From contig CAZXWN010000016.1 in assembly GCA_964644695.1 (NCBI GenBank), positions 1 to 57,238 on the forward strand: DNA of 57,238 nt, in the 5' to 3' direction. Positions 9,721 to 19,325 of this stretch are shown one piece after another. Numbering within the stretch: position 1 is the stretch's first letter; the number at the start of each line of letters is the position of its first letter. Both the position numbers and the translations under genes were made by a program. Source of the DNA: an uncultured bacterium. GTDB lineage: Bacteria; UBP4; UBA4092. Below the pieces are notes generated by a model. That model did not search any database. It saw nothing but the letters and a program-made list of their open reading frames with translations, and was not told the origin of the DNA.

Positions 9721-9764
9721 AAGAAAAATAAAAAGCCCTGTAACCAAATAGGTCACAGGGCTTT
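9721..9764 (-). terminator. Intrinsic terminator after nuoN
   Basis: aaagccctgt...acagggcttt hairpin with an A-tract on the + strand (U-tract on the - strand). Confidence 0.8.
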
Positions 9765-9786
9765 ATGTAATTTTAAAGAGATTAAA

Positions 9787-11235
9787 TCAGTTCCACTGAA
9801 GCATGAATCCGAAATGCCGGATATAACTGAGAATGGGGCTGATATAAATGAACAGGGTTACGGTCAGGATAAGGGTAATAGCCAGTGCCATTTTCAGAGT
9901 CATCGGACTGGCAGGAACCGCCTTATCGGATACCGGTTCAACCATATACATCTGGCGGATAACTCGGAAATAGTAATAAGCGGCAATGGCACTGTTGATC
10001 GCGACCGCCACCGCCAACCAGTAATTAAAGGGATTTTCAACACCTGCATCGACCGCAGCCATGAAAATATAATACTTACCAAAGAATCCCGCAAGAGGAG
10101 GAATCCCCGTCAGTGACAAAAGTAATCCCGCAAAGGCAAACGCCAATCCCGGAGACCGTTTAGACAGTCCCGAATAATCATCGAGTTCGTCACTACCTAC
10201 CATCATCAGAATAATGAAGGCACCCACATTCATAACAAAGTAAGTCGCCAGATAAACCAAAATGGCTTCCCGTGCTAAATCGGTAAAACTGATTGCCAGT
10301 CCTACCAGGATATAACCGGCATGAGCCACAGATGAATAAGCCAACATTCGTTTCACATTATCCTGTAAAACTGCGACCACATTACCTGTCGTCATGGTAA
10401 TAATGGCTAACACACCCAGGAGAGCCGCCCAATCCATATAGAAGGTTGGGAAAACCATCATAAATACACGATAGAAAATAGCAAACCCTACCGCCTTTGA
10501 ACCAACCGATAAGAAGGCCGTAATCGGTGTCGGTGCACCTTCATAAGTATCAGGCACCCACCAATGGAAAGGAACCATAGCAATCTTGAACCCAAATCCG
10601 ACCATGATCAACAACATTGCCACCACAAACACCACCGAGTCGGCTGTTCCATCTCGGAAGAAGGCAAAGATATCACTGAAATTCAAGGACCCTGTCATTC
10701 CAAACAGGTAAGTCATACCAAACAGCATGACCGCCGATGCCACAGAACCAAACAGGAAATATTTCAAAGCCGCTTCACTGGACCGGGCATCTTTCTTATT
10801 AAAAGCGACCAGAATATAGGAGATGAGACTGACGGTTTCAATGGATAACTGAACCATGATCAGGTTCGAAGCTCCAGCCATCAACATCATTCCAAATCCA
10901 AGGAATAACAGTAAGGCATAATATTCCCCGGCATACCCCTTATTTAAGGGGGCGTAATCCAAACTCATTAAGACGATCAGAGCCAGGACCAGACCCGTCA
11001 GATATTTAAAGAAAATCCCGAACTGGTCATAAACAGCCATGCCTGAGAACAATTCCCGAGGCTCTAATCCGGGGTTCAAGGGTAATAAACTGAATAGTAA
11101 AATCCCGATGGTGAGCCAGCCCAGAGTTTTTTTATTCTTAACAAACAAATCCAGGATGACCACCAACAAACCACCCAGAACCAGGATCATCTCCGGGACG
11201 AAGTAAGGCAGACTTTGCAAAGCATTTATTGGCAT
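9787..11235 (-). CDS. nuoN: NADH-quinone oxidoreductase subunit N
   Basis: EAALKYF, FKIAMVPFHWWVPDTYEGAPTP, KRMLAYSSVAHAGY, GFFGKY. Confidence 0.95.
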   Translation of the reverse strand: MPINALQSLPYFVPEMILVLGGLLVVILDLFVKNKKTLGWLTIGILLFSLLPLNPGLEPRELFSGMAVYDQFGIFFKYLTGLVLALIVLMSLDYAPLNKGYAGEYYALLLFLGFGMMLMAGASNLIMVQLSIETVSLISYILVAFNKKDARSSEAALKYFLFGSVASAVMLFGMTYLFGMTGSLNFSDIFAFFRDGTADSVVFVVAMLLIMVGFGFKIAMVPFHWWVPDTYEGAPTPITAFLSVGSKAVGFAIFYRVFMMVFPTFYMDWAALLGVLAIITMTTGNVVAVLQDNVKRMLAYSSVAHAGYILVGLAISFTDLAREAILVYLATYFVMNVGAFIILMMVGSDELDDYSGLSKRSPGLAFAFAGLLLSLTGIPPLAGFFGKYYIFMAAVDAGVENPFNYWLAVAVAINSAIAAYYYFRVIRQMYMVEPVSDKAVPASPMTLKMALAITLILTVTLFIYISPILSYIRHFGFMLQWN

Positions 11236-11259
11236 ATCAATAATAATCCGTCCGTTCCT

Positions 11260-12771
11260 TTAGGGCATCGGTGCTGCATTAATGGCATTCAATAGTCCTG
11301 TAATAACTGGATTTATCAAGTCAATCAGGAGCCGGGGATATACACCCAAAACAAAGGTCAGAACCAATAAGGGGATCACACTCAGGAGTTCCCGGCCATT
11401 GATTTCTGTCATTTGTTCTTTCCACTTTTCATTGAATGGCCCCAGCAGGACCCGTTGCATCATATACAGGATATAAGCGGCAGTAATAACAATCGTCATG
11501 ACTGCGGCGATAGTGAAAGGTTTCCAAACATAGAAAGCACCGACAAAAGTCATAAACTCAGCAATAAATCCGGACATACCCGGCAGACCCAATGAACCCA
11601 AAGCCGCCACACTTAACACAAAGGTATATACAGGGACCTTGGAGGCTAATCCCCCGAAGGCATTCAAATCACGAGTATGACACCGGTCATAGATGACACC
11701 GACGAGCAAGAACATGGCGCCAGTCAATAAACCGTGGGAAATCAACTGGAAGTAACTGCCGAGGAAACCCTGCACCGTAAAGGCAGACAACCCCAACAGG
11801 ACATAACCCATGTGACTGACAGAACTGTAAGCGACCATCTTTTTGAAATCGGTTTGTGCCAGAGCTACGAAAGCACCATACACCACACCGATGACACCCA
11901 ACCACACAAACAGCCAGGAGAAATCACGGGCAGCCTGCGGCAGAATTGGATAAGAAATTCGGAAGAAACCATAAGCACCCATCTTTAAGAGGATGGCGGC
12001 AAGAATAACCGATATCGGAGTGGGCGCTTCAACGTGCGCATCCGGCAGCCAGGTATGAAACGGCCACACGGGGACTTTGATAGCAAACCCGATAAACAAC
12101 GCCAGGAAAACAAGATGAGGAAGAGTCAAGGAATAGAATCGGAAGTCCGAACCCGCAAAGAGTTGTCCACTCTGACCCAGAGCTGCCAGTTCAGGAATGT
12201 TCAAGGTATGAGGACTGGTTGTGAAATACAGGGCGAGGAATCCCAACAACATCAGGACACTGCCGACTAATGTGTACAGGAAGAACTTAATGGCGGCATA
12301 TTCTTTCCGCGGTCCACCCCAGACACCAATCAGGAAGTACATCGGCACCAGCATAAGTTCCCAGAACACATAGAAGAGAACCAAATCCAAAGAAACAAAG
12401 GTCCCCATCATGCCGGTTTCCAGAAACAGATATAATACCCAGTATTCTTTCACTCTCTTATTGATGCCCCAGCTGGCAATACCTGCCAGGAAAGTCACCA
12501 GACCTGTCAAAGCAATCAATGGAACACTGATACCATCAACACCCATGTGATAAAACACATTCACCTGGGGGATCCATGAGAACTTTTCCTGGAATTGGAA
12601 ACCGGGTAAGGCCGGATTAAACTGGACGGCCAATAAGATACTTAACAGACCCACCACAAAGGTGAATCCCAGACCCATCCATTTAATGAGGTCAGGTTTC
12701 TCTTTGGGCATCATCAATACCGCAATCGCGCCGATCAGCGGGATGAAGGTCAATAAACTTAAAATGGGCAT
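11260..12771 (-). CDS. nuoM: NADH-quinone oxidoreductase subunit M
   Basis: FWELMLVPMY, KVPVWPFHTWLPDAHVEAPT, LLKMGAYG, FIAEF. Confidence 0.95.
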   Translation of the reverse strand: MPILSLLTFIPLIGAIAVLMMPKEKPDLIKWMGLGFTFVVGLLSILLAVQFNPALPGFQFQEKFSWIPQVNVFYHMGVDGISVPLIALTGLVTFLAGIASWGINKRVKEYWVLYLFLETGMMGTFVSLDLVLFYVFWELMLVPMYFLIGVWGGPRKEYAAIKFFLYTLVGSVLMLLGFLALYFTTSPHTLNIPELAALGQSGQLFAGSDFRFYSLTLPHLVFLALFIGFAIKVPVWPFHTWLPDAHVEAPTPISVILAAILLKMGAYGFFRISYPILPQAARDFSWLFVWLGVIGVVYGAFVALAQTDFKKMVAYSSVSHMGYVLLGLSAFTVQGFLGSYFQLISHGLLTGAMFLLVGVIYDRCHTRDLNAFGGLASKVPVYTFVLSVAALGSLGLPGMSGFIAEFMTFVGAFYVWKPFTIAAVMTIVITAAYILYMMQRVLLGPFNEKWKEQMTEINGRELLSVIPLLVLTFVLGVYPRLLIDLINPVITGLLNAINAAPMP

Positions 12772-12851
12772 CTAAATCCTCCAGAAATAATCACAACGAT
12801 TCACTTTTTCTGATTCAATTTAATAACACTCCGGTCACCCGGTATATTTTG

Positions 12852-14822
12852 TTACTGTCCAAACGGTGAACTGCCGATATTCTGTAATACGGTGTACCAG
12901 AGAATCAGGGCAAAACCCGCTACCAATAACAAAATGTAATTCTGAATTAAACCCGTCTGAACCAGGCGGGCGATCCGGCTGCTTTTTTCAACGATCCAGC
13001 CGTTTAGTTCAACTAATCCATCGATTACATACTTATCAAATACATAGTTCAGGAAACTTAAACCCCGAACCATATAACCGCAGGCATTAACTAATCCATC
13101 CACGACCCAGACATCGAACGCATATAAAATCGTCGTGGACCATAAGAATGGTTTAATAATACAGAGTTCAAAAATTTCGTCCCAATACCACTTGTTCAGG
13201 GATAGGGTATACAAAGGTCCCATATAGGCGGCCACTCGTGCGGCGGATATGGATTTTTTGTAATACATCAGATATGCCAGACCAATTCCAGAGAACGCCA
13301 GGATAATACTGCCGCTCATAATGGCATAATTCAGATGGATTTCATGGACAGGCAGATAATGGAAAGATTGATGCAGCCAACCCTGTAACCAGTGATGCGC
13401 CATCGGGGTACCCGGGAGACCGGCAGTCAACGAGAAGAAAGCCAGAATCATTAATGGAACGGTCATGACTTTCGGAGATTCGTGTGGATGAATGGAAGTA
13501 TCCCGCTGTTCTCCAAAGAAGGTCATGAACAGGAGTCGGGACATATAGAAAGCCGTCAGGGCTTCAGTAAATAAGCCCACCCAGAACATCAGGGTGTGGC
13601 CCGGAACTGCAGAGTTAAAGGTGGACAACAGGATTTCGTCTTTACTCCAGAATCCAGCAAACGGCGGGACACCCGCAATGGCAACAAAGGCCATAATGAA
13701 TGTCCAGGCTGTGAACGGCATTTTCTTCAGAAGTCCGCCCATCTGGCGTAAGTCCTGTGTTCCTGTCCCGTGGATCACACTTCCGGCACCCAGGAATAAC
13801 AGGGCCTTGAAGAAAGCATGGGTCATCAAATGGAAGGGACCGGCGGCATATCCACCCACCCCTACGGCCATGACCATGTAACCTAACTGGCTTAAGGTTG
13901 AATAGGCTAATACTTTCTTAATGTCATTTTGTGTCAAGGCAATCGTGGCGGCCATGAACGCTGTAAAACAACCAATGTAAGACACCAGCTGCATGGCTTC
14001 CACAGAACTCTGGAACAGGAAGAACATTCGGGCGACCATATAAACACCGGCAGCCACCATGGTAGCGGCGTGAATCAGTGCTGACACTGGAGTCGGGCCT
14101 TCCATGGCATCCGGTAACCAGACATGTAATGGGAATTGAGCTGATTTACCCATCGCACCACAGAACAGCAGCATGGCAGGAATGGCCAGGGAAGCACCCT
14201 TCCAGCTCATAATTTGTTCAGTCAGAGGTTTGTATTGGAAGGTCCCAAATAACCAGAATAATGACAAGATTCCCAGAAGGAATCCCACATCACCAATCCG
14301 GTTTACAACAAAGGCTTTCATACCCGCTTTAGCGGCGGCAATTCGTTCATACTCAAAGGAAATCAACAGGTAGGAACATAATCCCACCAGTTCCCATCCA
14401 ACAAAAATCAACATCAGGTTATCGGCCAGGACAATAGTCAGCATGGAGAAAAAGAATAAAGATAAGTAGGCAAAGAATCGTGAGAAGCGAGGCGCTCCGT
14501 GCATATAACCAACGGAATAGATTTGAATCAAGGACCCGATAAAAGTTACAACGAACAACATCATAGCGGACAATGAATCAACCATGATACCCACTTTAAC
14601 CGGTTGAGTACCAAAATAGAGCCAGGTCCATTCCAGGCTCAAGGTCTGGCCTTTCATCGTGGCTAATATACAGGGGACTGATAAGAGAAAAGAAGAGATT
14701 GCCGCAGCAATCGATATATACGCACTCTTCTCTTTCATCCGTGAGCCCCAGAATATCAGAACCCAGAACGCCAGAAGCGGTATTAGTGGTATTAAATAAA
14801 AATATTGGGTCAATCCAGTCAT
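12852..14822 (-). CDS. nuoL: NADH-quinone oxidoreductase subunit L (elongated lateral helix)
   Basis: GWELVGLCSY, GKSAQFPLHVWLPDAMEGPTPVSALIHAATMV, SKDEIL; duplicated FDxxVxDGLV segment. Confidence 0.95.
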   Translation of the reverse strand: MTGLTQYFYLIPLIPLLAFWVLIFWGSRMKEKSAYISIAAAISSFLLSVPCILATMKGQTLSLEWTWLYFGTQPVKVGIMVDSLSAMMLFVVTFIGSLIQIYSVGYMHGAPRFSRFFAYLSLFFFSMLTIVLADNLMLIFVGWELVGLCSYLLISFEYERIAAAKAGMKAFVVNRIGDVGFLLGILSLFWLFGTFQYKPLTEQIMSWKGASLAIPAMLLFCGAMGKSAQFPLHVWLPDAMEGPTPVSALIHAATMVAAGVYMVARMFFLFQSSVEAMQLVSYIGCFTAFMAATIALTQNDIKKVLAYSTLSQLGYMVMAVGVGGYAAGPFHLMTHAFFKALLFLGAGSVIHGTGTQDLRQMGGLLKKMPFTAWTFIMAFVAIAGVPPFAGFWSKDEILLSTFNSAVPGHTLMFWVGLFTEALTAFYMSRLLFMTFFGEQRDTSIHPHESPKVMTVPLMILAFFSLTAGLPGTPMAHHWLQGWLHQSFHYLPVHEIHLNYAIMSGSIILAFSGIGLAYLMYYKKSISAARVAAYMGPLYTLSLNKWYWDEIFELCIIKPFLWSTTILYAFDVWVVDGLVNACGYMVRGLSFLNYVFDKYVIDGLVELNGWIVEKSSRIARLVQTGLIQNYILLLVAGFALILWYTVLQNIGSSPFGQ

Positions 14823-14826
14823 CTTT

Positions 14827-15138
14827 TTACCATTTCATTAAGTGGATCTTATCGGCGGAAATCGTCCGATGATTCCGGTAGATACAAATTACAATCGCTA
14901 ATCCGACAGCAACAGCCGCTGCGGCAAGAGTCATAACAAAGATAGCAAACACCTGTCCGGCGCCCGTATTCGGAGTAACAAATCGTGAGAAGGCCACCAG
15001 GTTAATATTGGCCGCAGTCAACATCAATTCAATCGACATCAGGATGCCGACGGCATTACGCCGGGTCAGGGTCCCGTAAAGTCCGATACAGAATAATAAA
15101 GCCGCCAGAACCAGAATATGATTTAACGGAATAATCAT
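14827..15138 (-). CDS. nuoK: NADH-quinone oxidoreductase subunit K
   Basis: RRNAVGILMSIELML and GQVFAIFV; 103 aa with 3 TM segments; lies between nuoJ and nuoL. Confidence 0.93.
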   Translation of the reverse strand: MIIPLNHILVLAALLFCIGLYGTLTRRNAVGILMSIELMLTAANINLVAFSRFVTPNTGAGQVFAIFVMTLAAAAVAVGLAIVICIYRNHRTISADKIHLMKW

Positions 15139-15695
15139 TATTCAGCACCTCCATCATCTTTGGCGGGTTTCTCGCGGCGAGATAACACAATAGCACCAAT
15201 CAAGACCGCCAGAAGTAAGACGGAAACGGCTTCAAACGGAAGCAGATAATCAGTCAATAAGGCATTCCCGATCGTATGAGCATTGGCCAATTCAGCATTC
15301 GTCACCGTAGTCAGCCATGAAGCATTGGGGATTTTCCACAACAATAAGGCCAGTACGGTACCCACAGATACAAAGGAGATGAATTTCTGGTGATTGGTCG
15401 CCTTGTTGTCGCCGCCCTGATTGGCCCGCTGAGTCAACATGACGACAAAAGCTATCAGGGTAATGACTGCGCCGACATAGACCATGATTTGGACAAAACC
15501 AAGGAACTCTGCATCTAACATCAAATAAACAACGGCAGCACCCATGGCAACGACCGCCAGAGATAATGCCGCGTGAAAAATATTTTTCATCGTCACCACA
15601 AACAGGGCACCCAAGACCATCACCGCAGCAATCGCGTAGAAGGAAATCAGCTGCACCCATTCCCAAGGTGCTATGTTGTTAAATTGTTCCATCAT
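15138..15695 (-). CDS. nuoJ: NADH-quinone oxidoreductase subunit J
   Basis: AEFLGFVQIMVYVGAV and YLLPFEAVSVLLL motifs. Confidence 0.93.
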   Translation of the reverse strand: MMEQFNNIAPWEWVQLISFYAIAAVMVLGALFVVTMKNIFHAALSLAVVAMGAAVVYLMLDAEFLGFVQIMVYVGAVITLIAFVVMLTQRANQGGDNKATNHQKFISFVSVGTVLALLLWKIPNASWLTTVTNAELANAHTIGNALLTDYLLPFEAVSVLLLAVLIGAIVLSRREKPAKDDGGAE

Positions 15696-15720
15696 TCTCA
15701 GTTAACTCGCATCCTTAAAC

Positions 15721-16788
15721 TCATTGTCCTAAATTCTTAAAGGCCATCCAAATTCCAACCAGTACGATATTGGCAAAAGAAATCGGTAACAGCACTTTCC
15801 ATCCGAACATCATCATCTGGTCAATTCGTAACCGGGGGAAGGTCCACCGGAACCACATCATCAGATAAATCATTGCGATAACTTTCAGCAGCATCCAGAC
15901 GGGACTGGCTCCCCCTAACCCAAAGGGACCATAATATCCACCCAGGAATACGGCAGAAGCAATAGCCGATACCACCACCATATTGGTATATTCCGCCACA
16001 AAGAAAAGAGCAAACTTCATCCCGGTATATTCGGTATGGTATCCGGCAACCAGCTCAGACTCCGCTTCCGGTAAATCAAAGGGGGTCCGGTTCGTTTCTG
16101 CTGTTGCACAGATAATGTAAATAATAAAAGCAATCAATCCCCAGACACTGAAGATATTCCACACCTGGGACTGGGCATCAACAATCGTGGACATCTTTAA
16201 TGAACCGGTTGTCATCACCACCGCAGTCACAGCCAACACCGCAGGAATTTCGTAAGTGATAATCTGGGCAATCGTTCTCATACCACCCAGCATGGAGTAT
16301 TTGTTATTGGAACCATAACCCGCCATGAAAATAATAATGACCGCCGCACTACCAATGGCCATTAAATATAAAAGACCTAAATCCAAATCTATGGGGATCC
16401 ATCCCTTGTGATAAGGGAAACAGGCAAAGGACATGACCGCAGGGACACTGATGAGCATCGGAGCCAGCCAGAAACTGATCAAATCTTTTCCGCGGGGACT
16501 GATGTCCTCTTTCAACAATAGCTTCACAGCATCTGCAACAGACTGGAATAAGCCAAAGGGACCGACACGGTTTGGACCGATACGGCTCTGCATGTGAGCA
16601 GAGACTTTTCGCTCCATCCAAATCAGAAGCATTCCTGCTACGGAAACCATCGCAAGCACAATACCGCCAAGAACGCACATAATGGCCACTTCCGCCGCAA
16701 AACCTGCCCAACTCGGGTCGATTCCACGGGCAGCAGCCAGTGCTTGTACCCACTCCACGATTTTTATGGTTAATTCAATCAAAGTCAT
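15721..16788 (-). CDS. nuoH: NADH-quinone oxidoreductase subunit H
   Basis: ERKVSAHMQSRIGPNRVGP, AETNRTPFDLPEAESELVAGY, FPRLRIDQ. Confidence 0.95.
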   Translation of the reverse strand: MTLIELTIKIVEWVQALAAARGIDPSWAGFAAEVAIMCVLGGIVLAMVSVAGMLLIWMERKVSAHMQSRIGPNRVGPFGLFQSVADAVKLLLKEDISPRGKDLISFWLAPMLISVPAVMSFACFPYHKGWIPIDLDLGLLYLMAIGSAAVIIIFMAGYGSNNKYSMLGGMRTIAQIITYEIPAVLAVTAVVMTTGSLKMSTIVDAQSQVWNIFSVWGLIAFIIYIICATAETNRTPFDLPEAESELVAGYHTEYTGMKFALFFVAEYTNMVVVSAIASAVFLGGYYGPFGLGGASPVWMLLKVIAMIYLMMWFRWTFPRLRIDQMMMFGWKVLLPISFANIVLVGIWMAFKNLGQ

Positions 16789-16808
16789 TCTTTATTCTTT
16801 CCCGCCGG

Positions 16809-17189
16809 TTAGTTCCATCTAAGGACGCCCTTCTTCCAGGCGTACATTAATCCAACCAGTAATATCAATAAAAAAACGGCCATTTCAGTCAACGCTAACA
16901 TCATTGGCTGGAATGTCCGATAAACTAAAGCCCAGGGGAGTATGAACAGGGTTTCCACATCAAAAATTAAAAAGATAAGTGCCCAGACATAATACCGGGC
17001 ATTAAATTGTATATAGGTAGGACCGCTGGTCTCTTCACCGCATTCGTAGGGAGATATTTTCATGTCCGTTTTAGCACCACGGGCTCGAAGTATCCAAGAG
17101 GTGATGTAGGCGCCGATGCCTAACAGGAGACCAAACAAAAAGAAGATGCCCAGAAGGGCGTAATATCCGCTATTTCCAAAATTGGCCAT
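16809..17189 (-). CDS. nuoA: NADH-quinone oxidoreductase subunit A
   Basis: PYECG, FDVET and YAWKKGVLRW motifs; start moved to ATG 17189 because the longer ORF would span the promoter. Confidence 0.92.
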   Translation of the reverse strand: MANFGNSGYYALLGIFFLFGLLLGIGAYITSWILRARGAKTDMKISPYECGEETSGPTYIQFNARYYVWALIFLIFDVETLFILPWALVYRTFQPMMLALTEMAVFLLILLVGLMYAWKKGVLRWN

Positions 17190-17259
17190 AATAATCCATT
17201 CGGTCTTCACAACAAAAAGACCCAGTTTACCCTTTAATTTGCTTGGAATTAGTTTTAAT

Positions 17260-17288
17260 ATTATGAAAGATTTCACCCACACTGTCAA
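17260..17288 (-). promoter_or_regulatory. Putative sigma70 promoter of the nuo operon
   Basis: TTGACA (17288-17283), 17-nt spacer, CATAAT (17265-17260). Confidence 0.7.
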
Positions 17289-17382
17289 ACCTTGACGCAA
17301 TCCAAGCCTTCACTTTACGGATACTTTTGCTTTTAAGGACGGGAAGTTAATGGTTTGTCCAGACCTGAAAATCTTTTTTTAC

Positions 17383-17410
17383 TTGACACCTCATGAGTTC
17401 CCTGTAAAAT
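17383..17410 (+). promoter_or_regulatory. Putative distal sigma70 promoter of secDF
   Basis: TTGACA, 16-nt spacer, TAAAAT. Confidence 0.5.
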
Positions 17411-17461
17411 TAAAACCCTATTGATTAAGGAGTTTGCGCTTGCAGGAAAGGTTAAAAAGGT

Positions 17462-17491
17462 TTGACAGGGTCTATTTAGATTCAATATAAT
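17462..17491 (+). promoter_or_regulatory. Putative proximal sigma70 promoter of secDF
   Basis: TTGACA, 18-nt spacer, TATAAT (both hexamers consensus). Confidence 0.7.
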
Positions 17492-17654
17492 GATTTTTCG
17501 CATTAATAAGGATTTCTTTATATAGAAGATAGGTCTGTTCACTATGGGAGACTGGAAAAAGGGGTACCCAACTCCATCTCCATCCCGATACAACAGCCTG
17601 CCTGGTAAAGTCATCTAAACTTCAATGTCATTTTAAAACAACAGAGGATAAGCC

Positions 17655-19298
17655 ATGAATTTGATGAGCAAATGGAAAGAACTCTCCATTGTCGCCGTAC
17701 TGGTTTTAGGGGTCGTTTTCCTGATTCCTTCATTCCAGTGGTACAGCATGGACAAGCAACAGCAAGACACTCTCAAGAAAACTGATTACGGGAAGTGGAA
17801 GAAGCTGAACGAGAATAAGTTAAACTTGGGTCTTGACCTCCAGGGCGGTGTCAGCCTTTTATTAAGAGTTGATACAGCTGCGCTGGAAACTATGGCTATG
17901 GAACAGGAAATTGAGCGAATCAATCAAGAGCTTTCTTCCAAACAGTTCCCACAGCAGGTCGCACTTTCTGCAAACTCCACTTCGATCACCGTCGCCTATA
18001 CCAATGATGAAGAAGCAAAGCAGATTACCCAGGTCGCCACTGCTGGTGGATATTTGATGCAAAAGCAAGCCCCAGAAGGTACGCTTGAATTTACTATTGC
18101 CCCGGATAAACTGTCCTATAAGACTCAGGAAACCGTTGAAAATGCACGAAGAGTCATTGAAAACCGTGTCAATGAATTAGGGCTTTCTGAAACCATGGTC
18201 GCCATCGTCAATACCGACCGTATAACGGTTCAGCTTCCGGGTGAAACAGATCCAGATCGGGCCACCAAACTCATCCAGAAACAGGCCTTCTTGGAATTCA
18301 AGCTGGTTGCTGATGATGTTCTGATAAACAGTATCATTGATGCAAATGGACAAGTCCGGCCGGGTGCCATGATTCCGGATGGATACGAGCTAAAATATCT
18401 GAAAGATGTCCGTAATGGCTCTATCACAAATACGCCAATCCTTATCAAGAAACGCGCTGAATTAACCGGCGACAAACTGACCGGTGCCAAGGTGTCACGC
18501 GACTCCATGTCCATGGGTATGCCGTATGTCAGTATGACCTTCGACAAAGAAGGTGCTGTACAGTTTGAACGCATCACCGGCATGAATGTAAATAAACGAC
18601 TGGCCATCGTACTTGATGGTGAAGTAAGATCTGCTCCGAACATTAATGGACGCATCAGTGGAGGTTCTGCACAGATTACCGGACAGTTCAGTGAACAGGA
18701 AGCTAAAGATTTAGCACTCGTGCTTAAATCCGGTGCTCTCCCTGCTCCACTGGTTGTTGAAGAATCCAGTGTTGTCGGTCCGACTCTCGGATTAGATTCT
18801 ATTCGTAAAGGTGTTCAATCAGCCCTTATTGGTGGTTTACTGGTTGTCCTCTTCATGATTATTTACTATCGGTTCTCAGGTTTCATTGCCACCGTTGCTT
18901 TAACACTCAATATCGTTTTATTGCTTGCTTGTATGGCTATTCTGCATGCGACCCTGACCGTTCCGGGTATTGCAGGTATGATTCTGACCATCGGTATGGC
19001 AGTAGATGCGAATGTTCTAATCTTTGAACGTATCAGGGAAGAATTAAGAACTGGGAAAACTCCTCGCGCAGCCATCGAAGCAGGTTACGGCCGTGCTTTC
19101 TCCGCCATTCTTGATTCAAATATCACAACTATTATTTCGGCTTTCATGTTGCTGCAATTTGGTTCCAGTGCGGTGAAGGGTTTTGCTATCACCCTGATGA
19201 TCGGTCTGGCCATCAGCATGTACACCGCCATCCTGGTAACTCGCGTGATTTTCGACAAAATCAGCCTGCGTCCTGGATACAAAAAAATCAGCATTTAA
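17655..19298 (+). CDS. secD: Protein translocase subunit SecD
   Basis: LGLDLQGG, LAIVLDG, GPTLG and GMAVDANVLIFERIREE motifs. Confidence 0.97.
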   Translation: MNLMSKWKELSIVAVLVLGVVFLIPSFQWYSMDKQQQDTLKKTDYGKWKKLNENKLNLGLDLQGGVSLLLRVDTAALETMAMEQEIERINQELSSKQFPQQVALSANSTSITVAYTNDEEAKQITQVATAGGYLMQKQAPEGTLEFTIAPDKLSYKTQETVENARRVIENRVNELGLSETMVAIVNTDRITVQLPGETDPDRATKLIQKQAFLEFKLVADDVLINSIIDANGQVRPGAMIPDGYELKYLKDVRNGSITNTPILIKKRAELTGDKLTGAKVSRDSMSMGMPYVSMTFDKEGAVQFERITGMNVNKRLAIVLDGEVRSAPNINGRISGGSAQITGQFSEQEAKDLALVLKSGALPAPLVVEESSVVGPTLGLDSIRKGVQSALIGGLLVVLFMIIYYRFSGFIATVALTLNIVLLLACMAILHATLTVPGIAGMILTIGMAVDANVLIFERIREELRTGKTPRAAIEAGYGRAFSAILDSNITTIISAFMLLQFGSSAVKGFAITLMIGLAISMYTAILVTRVIFDKISLRPGYKKISI

Positions 19299-19325
19299 CT
19301 TGAAGGAATGAGGAGATAGATAACT

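Noticed and set aside
17190..17300. Longer N-termini in the ORF track for nuoA (and similarly rplF and rpsC)
   Set aside because: The extensions run through promoter or spacer DNA or into the upstream gene. Family-typical starts are at 17189, 49828 and 53643.
17333..17614. 93-aa minus-strand ORF in the nuo/secD divergent region
   Set aside because: It overlaps two strong plus-strand promoters and has no recognisable motif or RBS.
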